Shown here piece by piece: positions 37,902 through 51,277 of a stretch of 64,000 nucleotides of DNA (position 1 is its first letter; every line of letters begins with the position of its first letter). The notes beneath the pieces are model-generated. The model saw nothing but the letters and a program-made list of their open reading frames with translations. It searched no databases and had not been told where the DNA came from. The DNA is from Mobula hypostoma (taxonomy: Eukaryota), in contig NC_086128.1 in the NCBI RefSeq assembly GCF_963921235.1, forward strand, positions 42,346,001-42,410,000. The letters are read 5' to 3'. The translations under genes were made by a program, and so were the position numbers.

Positions 37902-39005
37902 CCCAGCCGACTCACAGATGAAGTGTCACCTCACCTGGAAGGACTGTCTGGGGCCCTGAATGGTGGTAAGGGAGGAAGAGTAAGGGCATGTGTAGCACTT
38001 GTTCCGCTTACAAGGATGAGTGCCAGGAGGGAGATCAGTGGGGAGGGATGGGGGGACGGACAAGGGAGTCGTGTAGGGAGTGATCCTTGCGGAAAGCGGG
38101 GGGGGGGAAGGGAAAGATGTGCTTAGTGGTGGGATCTCGTTGGAGGTGGCGGAAGTTACGGAGAATAATATGTTGGACCCGGAGGCTGGTGGGGTGGTAG
38201 GTGAGGACCAGGGGAACCCTATTCCTAGTGGAGTGGCGGGAGGATGGCGTGAGAGCAGATGTGCATGAAATGGGGGAGATGCGTTTGAGAGCAGAGTTGA
38301 TGGTGGAGGAAGGGAAACCCCTTTCTTTAAAAAGGACTTCTCCTTCGTCCTGGAATGAAAAGCCTCATCCTGAGAGCAGATGCGGCGGAGACGGAGGAAT
38401 TGCGAGAAGGGGATGGCATTTTTGCAAGAGACAGGGTGAAAAGAGGAATAGCCCAGATAGCTGTGAGAGTCAGTAGGGTTATAGTAGACATCGGTAGATA
38501 AGCTGTCTGCAGAGAGAGAGACAGAAAGATCTAGAAAGGGGAGGGAGGTGTCGGAAATGGATCAGGTAAACTTGAGGGCACGGTGAAAGTTGAAGGCAAA
38601 GTTAATAAAGTCAACGAGCTCAGCATGCGTGCAGGAAGCAGTGCCAATGCAGTCGCCAATGTAGCGAAGGAAAAGTGGGGGACAGATACCAGAATAGGTT
38701 CGGAACATAGATTGTTCCACAAAGCCAACAAAAAGGCAGGCATAGCTCGGACCCATGCGGGTGCCCATAGCTACACCTCTAGTTTGGAGGAAGTGGGAGG
38801 AGCTCCCAGGGAGAAGGAAAAGGGGGAGGGGGGAAAAGCCCAGAGGATGGGCAAGGGGTATAGTCAGAGGGACAGAGGGAGAAAAAGGAGAGAGAGAAAG
38901 AATGTGTGTATATAAATAACAGATGGGGTACGAGGGGGAGGTGGGGCATTAGCAGAAGGATCTCCCCCTCCCCCTCTTAAATCTCTTACTAGCTCTTTCT
39001 TCAGT

Positions 39006-39043
39006 TAGTCCCGACGAAGGGTCTCGGCCCGAAACGTCGACTG
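39006..39043 (+). ncRNA. Minimal hammerhead motif, U4>C variant, in the inverted pseudo-LTR
   Basis: UAGUC-CCGACGA-A-GGGU(CUCG)GCCC-GAAA-CG-UC/GACUG. Confidence 0.7.
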
Positions 39044-39211
39044 TACCTCTTCCTAGAGATGCTGCCTGGCCTGCTGCGTTCACCAGCAACTTTGATGTGT
39101 GTTGCTTGAATTTCCAGCATCTGCAGAATTCCTCGTGTTTGCGTTCTCAGATTACACTATATAGTCATGGAGTCATACAGCATAGTATACAGTCACAGTG
39201 TTCCAACTTAC

Positions 39212-39330
39212 ACTTGGCTGTCGCAGAGTATCCACCAAGAGGTGAGGGATGTCCTTCGACAGCATCAAAACCAGCAGACACCAACACAACATCAGGGGAA
39301 AACTCACTGGCTATGGGCATCACAACCGTC
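39212..39330 (-). CDS. HDAC5: HDAC exon ([40 protein letters not shown])
   Basis: 119 nt, ttttAG / GTaag; SAGFD Zn-ligand motif; contained in track ORF 39165..39380. Confidence 0.96.
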
Positions 39331-41689
39331 CTAAAAAAAATCAAAACACATTCTATGCAAGGGGAAATAAGTAAATCCACTCAAGAAGGACTTCTTTTCT
39401 GGAGAATTTATGCTTTTAACAATTAAAATGGTTACAGTAATAAAATTCTGCACACTTTTCAAATGTATTTAACTGGAATAGATTGTACTTACTTTAAAAG
39501 TATAAACAGATTATATTTGGCGGATTTAATTTAATAGCTTTTACTTTCACATCATACAGGTTTACAAAAGGGACCCTATCTCTAATGCTATTCTGAAAGC
39601 AGTTTGCTAAACCCAAGTATGAGTTCATATCCATGAAATGGTTGAACAGTAGGTGGCTGCTACTCACATTTGAAGGACTCTGGACTAACAAATACCACAT
39701 GCCCATATCGTGTAAACTTTAGTCCAACAGCATTATATCATTAATAGTGTTGGCACCATGCATATAAAAAGCACATGCAGTTCTATAAACTCTCTGCTGA
39801 AGGAGATTTTTTTCAATATGTCTGAAAGTTAGTTTTAATGCAAAATTCATTGATATGAGGTTTTCAATGTAAGAAGTGATTCAATTTGTATAACGTAAAG
39901 AACAGCACAAAAACACATAAAAACACATTTATGTTGCATAGAGTTGGATTATTCTGTCAATAGTTTGCCAGGTTCAATTCTTGATCATAATCAATGTAGT
40001 TGATCTAAGTTGTGGCAATAATGAAGCCACTTCAGTTTACTTCAATATTTTCATGCTTGGTTTGCTGAAGGACTGGGTGGTTGATGGTTGTGGTTGTGGG
40101 GATGCAGGGGAAAGGAAGTGCAAAGAAATTCTACTGAAGTCTAGTGACAGGAATGCCTGCAGTTGTAATAACTCCAATGGTCAAACCTACATAAGACTAC
40201 TTGTCACTGGGATGGATTTAATGAACTGTTGGAAAAGGGGGAACTCAACCACAATGAGTTATCATCTCCTTGAAGACCTCAGGGATTAATATCTGTATAT
40301 TTGCTTGTTGCTGCTCATAAACCAAAGAATTACAAATACAGAACATTTGATGAATATAGCTCTTAAAGAGATCATGAATATTGATCCCAATAAGGGACAT
40401 CAGTGCAAATGTGGTCATAACATGTTAGGTATCACTACATGCATGCTGCCAGATGTAGTAGAAACATGTCTTGTTCAGATAGTCTGTAGTATCTATGATA
40501 GAATCTTTTGTCATTTCTGGACAACAAAAATAAAATTTTAACAACAAACATAAGGTCCTTTACACAGGAAATATATGCACAGAGTCTCCCATGAATCATA
40601 ATAAACTTCGCAAAGCCTATGTAAAGGTTCTCTAACCAAAACAATTTAGATAAAGCTTGCTTGCAACTTTTCAAAATGATGCTGTTAAACAACCAACTCA
40701 ATTTGTTTGCCATTATTAAAGACCATGCTATAAGTACAGCAATGCTTGCACCTTTTTTTTGTTTGCAAACAAGGAAACAGCAGACATATGGCTCTTAAAG
40801 TCAGTAAAGTCAGCTGAACTTCCATGATTGAAAACAGCACCAGGATAATTTTCTAACATCAAACAATGATGGCCTCAAAGACAGCAGCTGGAACTACACA
40901 AGTGTAAGAATGAACCTAAGTCTACAAAATTTGTGATATGCTGGGTATGCAAAAAGGAAAAAGGGCAGCCTTCTGGATTTCATTATATTCAATTATCTGA
41001 TCCAACTCCAGCCTGACCCTGTAGCATGCAAGCAAGGAAATTTGGCTTCTAGTCTGTTTAGTGTTATCCTGCCTGAGGCTCTTGACCATTTCCTGAAAGC
41101 CCCTTTTACCAAATGTTAGTTCCTTTTAATAAAATATTTTCGCAAATTCTATAGACTTTTTTTGCTTGCACTTTATTAGACTCTGCCTAAATCAAAGGAT
41201 TTACGTAGTATTTGTGGATGGTTCTTTTGATCGTAAACTAAAGTAGTACATGACTAAATATACAACTTGTACAATTAACAATTCCCCAACCCAGATAAAA
41301 TTGCAGCAGTGCTAATTACATGCAGGTGAACACCTGAAGCAATATTCTAAGCCTGATTTCACTATAAGTAAAATAATTACAAGGTTCAGAAAAATAACTT
41401 AATTGTAGCAATCAATCAATATTTAATCCTCAGGCATTTAAATTAAAGCTGTTTTGTATGATTCTTAATGAATTTACCTCCATTTTAATTGCATTTTTTA
41501 TATTTCTGCAGGAGAGTATTATGTAGGGTACAACTATTATACAAAAGAACACATGTATGTGGTAAGAGTACATGTGGGTACTGAGAGAAACACAATAATG
41601 TCATGCACATACTGTTATTAAGGAAAAAAATCAATCTTGCTAACACTGTTTTCTGACAATATAGGTAGTTCCATGTAATGAATGATCAC

Positions 41690-41787
41690 CTGAAAGCTGT
41701 CAAGTACTCCACATCTCCATTAGAGGGATCCACACCACCTGTCCAAGCAATGTTGACATTGAATCCTACTCCAAGTCCTGTTCCAAC
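41690..41787 (-). CDS. HDAC5: HDAC exon ([33 protein letters not shown])
   Basis: 98 nt, ttcaAG / GTgatc; AWTGGVDP and DVEYLTAFR match HDAC5. Confidence 0.94.
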
Positions 41788-42444
41788 CTTGAAAAGTCAA
41801 TAAACAAAGGAGGATGTCTATAATAAAGCTTAATAAAAGGTAACTGCCAGAAGCAATTTTACTGAAGTGTGCAAATTCTGTTCACCAAGTTTAATTACTC
41901 TTATAGTTTCAAAGAAGATCGGAATATATGATGATAAAACATCTTTTATTTATTCATTTGTAGGATGCAGCTGTTGCTAGCAATGCTGGTCAGTCATATC
42001 TTTCATATTGCCTTTGGGGCTAGCATAAATGCAAGACTGAAATATAAAACTGATTCACTGACAAGTGGATGGCTTCTTCTGGTGAAAACATTTATCACCC
42101 AATATCTGCAAATGTCCTTATCCCAGGATGAATGTGACAGTGAGACAAACCTGATGCATTTTGGCAAGTTTCATTTAAAAAGTTAAGCCATGAAACAAAA
42201 ATATGATTGCCAAGAAATCTCAGTACGTATTTGGAAGAATAGCTGCTTTTGCATGGAATCAGACATGGTGAATCTTCCTCTCGGAAAAAAAAACTCTGGG
42301 CCTCTTGTGAAGATTTCCGTGATGCTCATGATATCTTTGCACTATGTACAAAGTACATATGTTGCATTAAAGAACATTACAGCACAAGGACAGGCCCTTC
42401 TGCCCACAATGTTGTTTCTCTAACATAACCATTTACACATTCTG

Positions 42445-42635
42445 GAACAACACACATAGTGCTGGAGCAATTCAGTGGGTCAGGCTACACTTATGGAGGG
42501 AAATGGACAGTCAATATTTTAGGTCGAGATTCTGATGAAAATATCATCTGTCCATTTCCCTCCATAAATGCAGACTGACATTGAATTCCTCTTGCATTTC
42601 GTGTGTTGCTCCAGATTTCCAGCATCTGCTGTGTC
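42445..42635. mobile_element. Degenerate fold-back Penelope-terminus relic
   Basis: Inverted ttatggagggaaatggacag / ctgtccatttccctccataa, central CTGATGAAA, ttccagcatctgc tail. Confidence 0.6.
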
Positions 42636-43969
42636 ACTAGTCTCTATTTGCACATACTGTTAGTAAATGCTAAGTATATTGTCATATAATTAAACTAATA
42701 CAGGTACTCCCCAAGGTTCCATCCATGTGAACTGGTTATAACCTGAACTGTTTCGAAGTTCAAAATGCTGTAGTGAACTAAGTTCCTACACAGATGTCTG
42801 CAGCCCCCTAGCACCAAGTACATCCATCCCACAGGTCTACCAAACTTGTCAATGTACCAATACAGACACGGTTTATCAGATTCTTGCTGATAGGCTGGCA
42901 TAAAAGAGCTAACAACATTGTATCACATTATATAAATAATATGCATTTGGACCATGAGGTTCTTGTCCACCTATAACCTTGGATTTGGTATAAAATTACT
43001 TCTTTGGCAGATTCCAGTGTTGGATACATCTTGTTGATGGTTCAAAAAGTGAAGTGAGATCAGACAATGGTCAACAAGTAAAAAACTGCTCCCTATAGCT
43101 TGAAGTCCAATTTGACTGAAATACAATGATTTAAAAATCGATGCATTAACATGAACAAAAGAAATGTGTAAGTGTCCAAATTCTATGATCAGTATATCTG
43201 TGACACCATTGGTTTACACAGAGAAATGGTATGGTGATAGTATAAACAATATTTTGTATGCGAAAGGTAGACGACCATTACGTACACTACTGATCTGTGT
43301 AAGGTAGGAATATGAGGTTGGATCCAGCAGCAAAATCTCATAGATGTTCATTATGTAGCACTGCATTAACCTAGCTGTAGTCCCAATGGGCACATTGATT
43401 TCAAATGGAAGTAGCAAATGTTAAGAAAGTAGCCAGTTGCCTTTTAATTTAAATGTGTTTAATTGTTTAACTACATGAGTTCTTTAATTTTTTAAATCAA
43501 GAAAAAGTATATTTTTCAAAAGTGCTTGAATATCACGTGTTCAATTTAAACCATTGCTCCAACTGTTATTATGATCTGAGGGCAAAGTGTTACAAACTGT
43601 CAAGTGGACCTGCGGAAGGTCCACCACTGACACTCCCTGTGTTAATCTGTGCCTCTTTGAGAACCACGGCCCATCCTCAGAGCAAAAGTACAGGCAGCAA
43701 AAAAGACATGCACTGCACGTGTAGATGATTGGCAAACTTGGCCAGCTTGTGGATCACCCCAATATGCTTTACTGTAGTTTGCAAGACAGCTAGGGCTTGC
43801 TAACTTAAAAAGTGCAAAAGACAGGGATTTGGTAAATGTAGTAGTTGGCTAAAAAAAAAAGGAACGACTCATCTTTACATCTCCAATACATGCGACTTTT
43901 GTTAGCTGAAGGCTGGAAGTATGTCTTAGTATAAACCAGAGTTTTATATTTTAAAAAATCATTAAACAG

Positions 43970-44553
43970 TACTATCAGGTATTGTGTATTAGTTCTTAAT
44001 TGTTTTCAATGAATCCAGTGTAGGTTGCCGTGTTCTTTTGACTGTAAATGAACAAAATCAGCGCAGACAATTAGTGTACATAATGGACTGCCTTCATGCA
44101 ATTTTTGCATCTTTCAAATCTTCATTTTCAATTTAACATTCAAGATGAATATTGATACTTACAAATTCTTTGTAGTTCCTAACTTGTTGAAGTAGTGAAA
44201 TAGTTTCATTTTCACTCCTAGTAGTTCCTCGCATCTCCAAGCCTCAATGCTTGAAACCACAGTGAGCAAAATAGTTCAGAATCGTCTTACTGCTTATTTC
44301 TTGGCAACTATCAGTGACAAAAATCACTGCTTTTTGAACATTACCACATGGAACTGACACTATTTAAAAAACTGTTCACACTAAGCATGGTGTAGTGTTT
44401 AACAGCCACATAAGTGCATGTGTCTGACACTAGTTAGAAACTATTCAGCAAGTGTCTCCTGTCCCAGTTAAGTGGTATAGTATCCCAAATAAACTTTTTG
44501 GGGTTTAAGAGTTGTCCCAAATAATGGCTGTCCCAATTAACCAGAATCCACTG
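43970..44553 (-). mobile_element. Tigger/pogo-like DNA transposon fragment (one TIR recognised)
   Basis: Terminus ..TGTCCCAATTAACCAGAATCCACTG-TA with repeated GTCCCA subterminal motifs; left boundary approximate. Confidence 0.5.
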
Positions 44554-47039
44554 TATTGAGAGTTTCTGTCTCTGTCAGTCTTTCAGATAATAAGGTCCAG
44601 ATTCACACAAACACATGGGTGAAAAATTCTTGCTCATCTGCACTCTAATCTTTCCACCATTTATGAAAGCCCAGGAACACCACACATTTCTATTACACAT
44701 CTTCAGATATTGTTTGTATTCCAGAAACTTTAGCTGAGTGTTTAAGCTGGAGTCCTGAGTTGTTCTGAGTAGGGGCAGAATCTTCAAAGGATAGATATAT
44801 TCTCTTCAGCTTAGTCTCAAAGGCTGTGTGGCTTGTCAAGTTTAAGGAAATCTCGTCAGGGTTAAAGAAGAACTTAAAGAGGGAGGAGAGGATGCAGTTT
44901 TTGTGGTGCTTGTAGGAACCAATCATCTAAGACTAAAGAAAACAGTCCTGTTGAAGTATGAGTATTTGGCTCTAAACTATCGATCAGCATCACATAGATA
45001 ACGATCTCCTGGGTCATATGCAAACTGGCACAGACAAACTAAACATGTCAGAAAGATAAAAGGAGAGGAAAGAACTTCCAGTCAAGATGGTGTTGAGCTG
45101 TGATGTCTGTTGATATTGTGGCTCAGCATTTTTAGGTTCACAGGGATGGTTTTGGGACAGTGCAGATAGTTAAGTGTCACGTTTGGGTTTAGGGACAGGG
45201 ATGAGGGAGAGATAGAGGTCAGGGATAAGAGCTAGTCTTCAGAGTCCAGGTCAGAGATTTCCAAAGTTGAAGTCAGGACATCAGGTGTTGAATAGACCAG
45301 ACAGACAATCCCTGGGATGGCAAGTCCCAGATTAGAGGTCTACATGGGCAGGAGTCACAAGGGTCACCAGGGGTGGAGGTCTGTCTGTGCATCAAACCAA
45401 TGATCAGTGGGTTCTGGGGTTGAGACCTGAAGGTCAAACTCATGACTGGTGAGTCCTAGGGTCGAAGCCTGAAGGTTGTCAAAGACAGGAGGACAAAGCC
45501 CAAAGGTCAAAGTCCAGAACTCAATCAATCTGGAAGTAGATGCCCCAAGGTGAAGCCCTGGGTCAGCACGTCCACAGTCAGAGGCCTGATGTCTCCAAGT
45601 CCAGGACAGAGACTAGAGGTTGGAGGACTAATGTTTGCAAGTCTGAGATTCTGGGGCCAAGGACGAGAGTACCTGAGGCAGCGTGTCCTGTGGTTGGAGG
45701 CCTGTGTATGTGAGTGGGTGGGTGGCAAAGGGGCTTGTTTTGCTGTTGCTGTCTTGTTTTTGTTGGTGCTGCTTGTGTTGCTCTGTTGAACATGGTGGGC
45801 ATGCTATGTTGGCACTGAAATGTGTGGCAACATTTGCAGGCTGTGTTAGTTGTTAAAACAAACAAGGCATTTCTGTGTATGTTTCGATGTATATGTGATA
45901 AATAAATCTGAATCTGAAATTTGACTTTCAATTCACAGGTCACGGGGAAAGAGGGAGCTGTTCCTCTGGAAATGGACTTTATTTGAATTTTGCTGAGACC
46001 AGCATTCTGGCAAAATGAGCAAAAGGACAAGGTGATAACAGCAATATAGTTAATGATAAGCTGTTTGTGGCATGAAAGTCAACATGTACAATGATAAGGA
46101 TGCAGTAACAGATCTGGTCAAAATAGAGAAAGATTGGAAAAGGTCAAAAGTACATGGTCTCCATCTGAACATGTATATTTGAAACAGAACAGATAAACTT
46201 ATTACGCAAGTAGAGAAAAATGGATAAGATTTAAAAGTTATTGCAGAGATATGGCTGCAGGATAGTATGGGTAGAACAAAGAGAGAGGCACAGTACACCT
46301 GATAATAAAGATGCTGTTAGTACAGTGGTGAAACATGATCATGATTCAGAATATTGGGAAATAGATTGGCTGAGATACAAAATAATAGTTTGTAGAAATA
46401 AACTTTAGGTCATTTAACAGCTTTACATTGCACAGGGCATCAGTCAAGAAATATAGATGTGACTCTCAAAGCAGTGTGATATATGTGCATAACTTTTGGT
46501 CTATTAATGAAATCAAATTGGCCAAGGCAGTCCTGAGGTTGGAATACGATTGCCACTGTTTCCTGGATAACTATATCATGGACAAGAACAGGGAACTGTC
46601 TATTTTAGATCTGGTCATGTGTAATGAACATCCTATCCCATTATGGAAAATACCTACTGTACAGGAGGCATTGCCTCAAAAAGGCAATATCAATCAGAAA
46701 TCTCCACCATTTGTTCTATGCTGTTTTCTTGCAGTTATTATCAGGCAGGAGGTACAGAAGCCCAAAGTCCCATACCACCTTGTTTAAGAATAGCTATGTC
46801 CCTTCAACCATTAGTTTCTAGGAAAACCCTAATCCGCAATCTCAGTATAACAACACTTTTTTTCATTTCTAATTGCTTTCTTTTTTGTATAATTCTGTAT
46901 AATTTGTGTAACTTATGTTTCTCATGTGAATCTTATATCACTAATGTTATGTGCCTGTGATGTTACTGCAAGTAAGTTTTTCATTGCACTATGCATATAT
47001 GTACTTATGCATGAGACAATAAACCTGTCTTTCGCATTT

Positions 47040-47670
47040 GACAAGGCTTCCTGTGGCAGGCTCATATAGAAAGTCAGGAGGCATGAAATCCAGGGAAACT
47101 TGGCTGCATGAATTCAGAATTGTCTTGCCCATAGAAGGCAGAGGGTGGTAGCAGATGGAGCTTATTCAACCTGGAGGTTGGTGACTACTAGTGTTCCACA
47201 GGGATCTGTTCTGGGACCCCTGCTCTTTGTGGCTTTTATAAATGATTTGGATGAGGAAGGGTGGGTTAGTAAGTTTGCAAGGTTGGTGGTGTTGTGGATA
47301 AGGTAAGAGGTTGTTGTAGGTTACAATGGGATATTGATAGGAGGCAGAGCTGGGCTGATAAGTGACGGAGTTCAATCCGGAAAAGTGTGAAGTGATATAC
47401 TTTGGAAGGTTGAGCTCGAGGACAGAGCTTGAAGGGTTAATGGAAGGATTCTTAGCAGTGAGGAGGAACACATGGCCATGGGTGGTAGTAAATGCAGATA
47501 TATTAGAGATATTTAACAGACTTTAACAGATAAGCATATTGATGAAAGAAAAATAGAGGGCTATGGGAGGAAGGGGTTAAATTGATTGATCTTGGAATAG
47601 GTTAAATGGTGAGCACAGCATCATGGGCCGAAGGGCATATACTGTGCTGTACTGTTCTATATTCTAACAA
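47040..47670 (+). mobile_element. CR1 LINE fragments
   Basis: [22 protein letters not shown] relic plus CR1 tail. Confidence 0.75.
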
Positions 47671-48624
47671 CTCATGAACTGTTTGAGAACAGTGACTGTA
47701 GTGTGACAGAATTCAGTTAAAATATAACAAACAGTTTGAGACTAGGGATTTAAAGTTAAATGTTTTCAAAATTAGATTAAAAGATATTACTATGAATAAC
47801 AGTAGCATATATTTGATATTACATTATAAAAAGCCATTCAAATGTAGAAATGATAAAAGAATAATTGTATTGGCATGAAAGATGTGGATTACAATGTGTT
47901 GTCTTCTGAAGATCTCCCTATTATATTTGACCTTATAATAGGGAGAACTTAAAAATATAATAAAAATGGATATAAGCTAGCAAGGAACAGAAAAAGAGGT
48001 TTTACGAGCTTTTATGATAATGTACAAATATGAAACTGTGAAAATAAAGGTTGGTCTCTTAGAAGCTGGAACAGTGTAATTAATTAAGAACATAAAAGTG
48101 TAGAAAACTATTTTGCATCGGTATTCATAGAGCAAGATCCCAAAACATTCCAAAAATTATAAAAAAAAACAAGACAAAAGAGATGAAGGGAGAAATGTAA
48201 AACAATTATTAACAAAGAAAACATACTCAGTAAACTAATGTGATTACAGGCTGACAAATTAACTCTGTCCAGGGTCCTTAAAAAATTGGCTGCAGAGATG
48301 GTGGATATATTGGTTATGACCTTTCAAAATCCCCAAGTGTCAGGAAGTGCCCTAATAGTTTGGAAAACTGCACATGAAGCCTCACTATTCAAGAAGGGAA
48401 GGGAAGTTGGCTTAATATATGCTGATGAAAAACTGCTGGAGTTCTTTATTAAGGAAGGAGTAACAAGACACATTATGAGATCATTTACTGATCCTGTCTC
48501 ATTGCATATGACCAGATCTAAAATAGCCTATTCCCAGTTTTGCTGATGACATAATATCTTAGGAAATGGTCTCAATGGCATTTCATGAACTCATACTTAA
48601 CATTACATTGATTTTCTCAGTCTA

Positions 48625-49220
48625 CATTAAAAAAGCACGACAGCACCTCTGCTTCTACAGGAGTCTGCGGAGGTTCAGCATGTCAGCGAATACCTTGGCA
48701 AACTTCCATGGATGTGTGGTGGAAAGTGTGCTGACTGGCTGCATTACGGCCTGGTATGGGAACACCAACACTTTTGAGTGGAAAATCCTACAAAAGGTAG
48801 TGGATTCAGCCCAGTACATCACGAGTAACACCCTCCCAACCATTAAGCATATCCACACTAAATGCCGCCGTAGCAACCATCATCAAAAGTCTTCACCACC
48901 CACATACTCTTTTCTTGCTGCTGCCATCAGGTAGAAGGTACGAGTACCTCAGGATTCACACCACCAAGTTCAAGAACAGTTACTACCCCTCAACCATCAG
49001 GCTCTTGAACAAATGGGGATAACTACACTCATTTAAGGACTCTGTTATATTGATGGATGTTATACTGTTATTTCATGCTCGTTATTTATTGCTATTTATT
49101 TATATTTGCATTTGTACAATTTGTTTATAGTTAATAATTACTGTTCTATAGATTTGCTAAGTATGCTTGCAGAAAAAGAAACTCAGGGTTGTATGTGGTG
49201 ACATGTATGTACTCTGATAG
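48625..49220 (+). mobile_element. Rex1/Babar-type LINE 3' end
   Basis: KKARQHLCF.RSLRRF..VESVLTGCITAWYGN (track ORF 48566..48934). Confidence 0.78.
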
Positions 49221-49850
49221 CTTCCATTTAGCGCGGGAGGGGGGAGCTGGGGGGTACTTTGGGGTTCTAACATTTAACTGTTCATTCTTTGGGGCACTCC
49301 TCTGTTTTCATGGATGGTTGTGAAGAAAAAGCATTTCAAGATGTATATTGTATACATTTCTCTGACATTAAATTGTACCTTTGAACCTTTTGATAATAAA
49401 TTTCACTTTGAACTTTTGAAAAAAAAGAGCCAGCATGGCTTTATGAAAGGGCAACAGATCTTGACAACTTTATCAGAGTTTTTTTCCCCCCAAAGAGCAT
49501 AAAGGAGAACCCAGAGATGCAGAATATTTAGATTTCCAAAATGCAATCATAGATTTAGAAATAACCTTTCAAATTATCTTTCGGAAGAATTGAAAAATTT
49601 AGAGCTAAACAGATTTAAAAATTTACTGTATGTAAGTGGAGGAAGAGGAGAAGAGAGCAAAAACATCTGTGAAAGGATGCAAGGCAAGACAAAGTAAATG
49701 ACGTAAAGGACGACTCTTTCTCAGTGCAGCCCTAGTGCTTCACTTTTTGCTTTCAGGAGTTATGCTAACTTTAGTTTGTTGAATTAGGTGACCCAATTAT
49801 GACTTGACTATTTCAAGGGAAACATTATACTCAAATATTTAAAAGCATTA

Positions 49851-50021
<171 letters not shown>

Positions 50022-50328
50022 TCAATTTCAAAAGCATAAAAATGGAGGAACAACAATATTGATTAATTTCCTGAGCCCTCCAAAATTACCTTTTAATTAT
50101 CCAAGCTAGTTCATACATTCTTTGTACCAGAAATTGCTGCCTTAAACGTTCAGAATTCATATTTTTCCAAATATACAATTAGACAAAGCTTTCCGTCCAG
50201 TGATTAAATTGAACGAAAATTTAAGACAGCTACCATTGTTGTCTTAATAAACACAATCACTTGTACTGCAGAGATGTTGCCTGAATTTTAATATTATTTA
50301 TAACTCTTTAATCAAATGTAAAACATAC

Positions 50329-50416
50329 CCAATCCACAATTAAAATTTTTCCAATGCTAAGTTTCTGCTTGAGTAGTTTAGCTGATATTGCCACTGAGTT
50401 GAAAAAGCAAAATCCC
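50329..50416 (-). CDS. HDAC5: HDAC exon ([29 protein letters not shown])
   Basis: 88 nt, polypyrimidine tract + ccAG / GTatg; GFCFFN motif. Confidence 0.96.
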
Positions 50417-50785
50417 CTGGAAGAGAAAATCAAAAAGACAGGAAAGCAAATTTAATCTAAAGGTAATGGTCATAGGTATCAAAATAACTTGGGGGTTAAT
50501 GATTTTTGTTCCTAACAACAAGAAAAAACTTATTTTCATCATTATCACAAATATTAAGTTGTCAAAATTAACTTCAGATACTCTTTTATTTAGAAATTGT
50601 AAAGGCAACTATTATAGAATATGTTAAAAAACATTGAATTGTTCAAAAAGAACACTATTTGTTTAAAAGGGTCCATTTACCTCTCGTATTTCTTGAGAAA
50701 AATAATTCAATCCTCCAATCCAAAATATTAGAAGGCAATATACAATGTAATACAAAGCTAGATATTAAAATCTAACTTTAATATT

Positions 50786-51072
50786 ACGGTAGCATGGCAG
50801 TTATTATGATGTTATTACAACTTGGGGCATTGTAGCTTGGACTTCAATTCCGACACCATCTGTAAGGAGTTCGTATGTCCCTCTCTGTGAATACGTGGGC
50901 TTTCTCTGGGTGCTCCAGGTTCCTCCCATGTTCAAAGATGTACCAGTTAGTAGGTTAATTAGTCATTATACATTTTCTGTGATTAAACTAGGGTTAAATA
51001 GATGGGTTGCTGGATGGTGCGGCTCTTTGGGCCGGAAGGGCCTGTTCCGCACTGTAACTCTAAACAAATAAA
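50786..51072 (+). mobile_element. tRNA-derived SINE
   Basis: B-box-like GACTTCAATTCC, core gggtgctccaggttcctccca, LINE-like tail gggccggaagggcctgtt..aaacaaataaac. Confidence 0.7.
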
Positions 51073-51178
51073 CAGAAATTGTCTTTTGAGTATGCACTGC
51101 TATCTAGGCACTCTGAATATATTAGTTTAGTTCTGTGGACATGTCACCCTATGGATTTAACTTTTGTTGTAGAACTTA

Positions 51179-51277
<99 letters not shown>

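Larger units (their letters stand above)
37238..39145 (-). mobile_element. 5'-truncated Penelope-like retroelement (Neptune-type) with pseudo-LTRs
   Basis: RT fragment MGTRMGPSYACLF..RYIGDC (38562-38768), linker CKRNKCYTC (~37986-38012), GIY-YIG endonuclease IYCVQCSRCGLLYIGET (37614-37901); 14-bp TSD CTCAGATTACACTA at 37224-37237 and 39146-39159; partial direct repeat (~38805-38953 vs ~37467-37618) and inverted terminal repeat. Confidence 0.92.
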
